A stretch of DNA of 8,145 nt. Origin: Amoeboradix gromovi X-113 (taxonomy: Eukaryota > Fungi > Sanchytriomycota). Positions within the stretch are counted from its first letter, which is position 1; the number at the start of each line of letters is the position of its first letter. The notes below the pieces were generated by a model, which saw only the letters and a list, made by a program, of their open reading frames with translations, was not told the origin of the DNA and ran no database searches. The stretch is from assembly GCA_018985225.1 (NCBI GenBank), contig JADGIF010000462.1:1-8145 (forward strand). Reading direction: 5' to 3'. Made by a program: the position numbers and the translations under genes. Below are positions 6,146 through 8,145 of the stretch, piece by piece.

Positions 6146-7714
6146 TTATGCATCATCTCGGTTTACCAAGCGAAAGAAATTCACAAGTACAAGAAAAACG
6201 TCCTCTACAGTCTCTAAAATGTCTTTGTCTGTGCCAGATTCGACCACACTGTTCCAGTTTTTTGTGTTTATCACATATGTCTTTGATTTATTTATCATTT
6301 CACCTTCAATTTTAAAGAATTCCCATTGTTTAAAGTTTGATAGAATGCCAAAAACAGGCTTTCTTTCTTGATTCGCATATAATATGGCGCATTCTGCAGC
6401 AGTTTGAACTCTATTTTGATCCTTTAACTCTGCAGATTGTCTCTTTGCTTCCACTACACAGCGATAGTTTATTGGACTTTTGTCTGTGTCTATTTTGGAC
6501 TTTGAAATTAAATAATCAATTTGCGCTGTTAGCCCTTTAGAGCCTTGGCCATCCCCTATCTTTATCGAATCGCAGATCTCGCCATGAACTGTTAAATTAG
6601 GTTTAAATTCCTCCATGTTCAAGATAAAAAGTAGAAACAGATCGATCATAGTCCGAGTAGTGGCTTCTAAACTTATGTTCCACACTCTGCTATATCTAAT
6701 ACTTTGCGTAAACCATCCTATGCTATCGATACTACTAATGTCACGCGTGGGACCTTTAATTTCGAACAAATTACTATCCTCGGAGCAAATTTGTTTAAAG
6801 TCTTTGTATTCAAGGCTGCTACTTGGATCTGATGATTCTAAATTATCCCGAATGGTAGCGCACGGTACATGGTCTTCCTTTGAAACAATTTTACTTACCA
6901 GAGTTTGGCTGTTCAAGTCAACCTTTGCAGGGGTGGTATGTATTTCAGCATGATCTTTGAGCAGAACATCGTAATTTTGAACAACATGAGCGCAATCACA
7001 ATCGCATTTATTAACATGAAAAGTCCAGAAACTAGCAGTGGATAAGACAATGTTTAGTTCATTCCTGGCAGCTAATATACCATTAAGTTTTAGTCCATTC
7101 CCCTGAAGGTATGACCTTAGACAATCGCACAATGCTCGCACGCTTTGATCTATTTGTCGAAATTCTTTGAGATCCTGCCACGAATTGTTGTTTTCCATGT
7201 TTGAGCTATTTAAAACAGCGATAATTCTATTGTAACAACAAATTGCAAGTTTCCACTTATCATCTTTACACCCTTTCAATGGCTTTATTTTATTTTTTAT
7301 TTGCTCAATAGAGAGCTTAATACACTTAAGAAACAGATCACTCTCATTTATTGAAATTTTTCTCAAAGTATCGCTCAACAGCGATAAGCTACCTAATGGC
7401 ACACTAATGGTTATTTCCTTACCACTTTCGTCTATCAGTACAACTAAGTTGATAAGTAATTTTAAATTATAATCTTGAGGACTCATCAGATAAAATTTAC
7501 CAATAATTTGTTCCCTATTCTTTTTGCAGCATGTGCAACTGACATTCTGATAAAATCCTTTCTCATCTATTGCGCCACCAGAAAACCAAAGTAGTTTGCA
7601 CCCTGAAGAAAAGCCGATTTTCAGGTGTATTTCGTTGCCATCAAGCGAGTATTCTGAGGACTCTACAAATAGTTCCTTATTACAAGCTCGATGACAGATT
7701 TTGAGTTTCATCAT
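6146..7714 (-). CDS. Protein with C-terminal PD-(D/E)XK restriction-endonuclease-like domain (Crinkler-REase/HsdR-N-like) and N-terminal Cys-rich, Yippee/Mis18-like zinc domain, 522 aa
   Basis: Ordered REase-fold motifs: E350-ATTRTMIDLFL, HGE379, TAQID400-YLI, CVVE422-A-K424, Q437-TAAE441, VFGILSNFKQWEFF. N-terminus has CHRAC (aa 7-11) and SCTCC...IIGKFY (aa 59-75). The long ORF and nuclease fold are well supported; the zinc-domain identity is less certain. Confidence 0.85.
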   Translation of the reverse strand: MMKLKICHRACNKELFVESSEYSLDGNEIHLKIGFSSGCKLLWFSGGAIDEKGFYQNVSCTCCKKNREQIIGKFYLMSPQDYNLKLLINLVVLIDESGKEITISVPLGSLSLLSDTLRKISINESDLFLKCIKLSIEQIKNKIKPLKGCKDDKWKLAICCYNRIIAVLNSSNMENNNSWQDLKEFRQIDQSVRALCDCLRSYLQGNGLKLNGILAARNELNIVLSTASFWTFHVNKCDCDCAHVVQNYDVLLKDHAEIHTTPAKVDLNSQTLVSKIVSKEDHVPCATIRDNLESSDPSSSLEYKDFKQICSEDSNLFEIKGPTRDISSIDSIGWFTQSIRYSRVWNISLEATTRTMIDLFLLFILNMEEFKPNLTVHGEICDSIKIGDGQGSKGLTAQIDYLISKSKIDTDKSPINYRCVVEAKRQSAELKDQNRVQTAAECAILYANQERKPVFGILSNFKQWEFFKIEGEMINKSKTYVINTKNWNSVVESGTDKDILETVEDVFLVLVNFFRLVNRDDA

Positions 7715-7903
7715 GTGTCACGGAGAAATCTAGATTTTAGCAAGTAGCTAAACAGAGGCTGGTTGCGCGAAGAAAAGAGCGGATAGCGCCAGCAGCTTTA
7801 AGAAGTGCTCAGATATCAAGCAGTAAGCATATATGAAATGAACCATAGCAAAGCATTTTATGCAGAGAACAGGAGAAAATGACAATCTGGAGCACAAAGC
7901 AAA

Positions 7904-8137
7904 CTATTGCTGATATTCAACATGAGCCAGATTTGCATATAAGTATTCTGTCGCTTTTTCTACAAGTATGTTGCTGTCTAAAGCCACAACGAGTGGCAGA
8001 GGTCGACTCCTGTTACTCATCCCAAAAAGAGCACAATGCGTAAGTGAAAGGTTCCGAATCATTTTATGCTTCGTACTTGGATTTCTCGCTAAACAGAGTA
8101 AAAAATAAAATTTGTGCGCATAGTTACAAACTAGCAT
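7904..8137 (-). other. Unassigned 77-codon ORF, doubtful
   Basis: ATG-initiated, but no recognisable motif, no AATAAA after the stop, and competing short open frames on the plus strand. Confidence 0.15.
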
Positions 8138-8145
8138 TGGCGTAC

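Noticed and set aside
6090-6953. Plus-strand ORFs 6090-6371, 6337-6540 and 6615-6953
   Set aside because: Antisense shadows of the nuclease-domain CDS.
3466-7080. 13-bp inverted match GCAGCTAATATAC (7068-7080 versus 3466-3478)
   Set aside because: Isolated, one copy lies inside a CDS, and it is within chance expectation.
7741-8043. Short plus-strand open frames (QVAKQRLVARRKERIAPAALEVLRY...; MTIWSTKQ...)
   Set aside because: Under 60 codons each, in different frames, with no recognisable homology; cannot be supported without data beyond the window.
5650-8145. Transposon or bacterial restriction-modification locus around the nuclease gene
   Set aside because: No terminal repeats, transposase, reverse transcriptase, methyltransferase or helicase motifs seen; the right flank is truncated by the window.

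Overview
AT-rich (roughly one-third GC by eye), gene-dense eukaryotic DNA. The eL42 sequence and the channel type suggest an early-diverging, probably zoosporic, fungus or close relative (inference). No introns are needed to explain any confident gene. Well-supported genes: (1) a six-TM K+-filter (TVGYG) channel with C-linker and cyclic-nucleotide-binding domain, minus strand, true start probably ATG 2628; (2) an intronless 60S ribosomal protein eL42 (L44/L36a); (3) a 522-aa protein with a C-terminal PD-(D/E)XK restriction-endonuclease-like domain of the Crinkler-effector/HsdR-N type and an N-terminal Cys-pair region resembling a Yippee/Mis18 zinc domain; (4) three small orphans: a 73-aa hydrophilic protein, a single-pass membrane protein and a probable GPI-anchored Ser/Thr-rich protein. 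The intergenic DNA holds several interrupted reading frames, including a frameshifted small secreted Cys-containing protein. Five of six genes have AATAAA on or just after the stop codon, and several have an upstream ATG within 30 nt, suggesting very short UTRs. The best novelty candidate is the zinc-domain/nuclease fusion. No rRNA, tRNA, CRISPR array or bounded mobile element was recognised.
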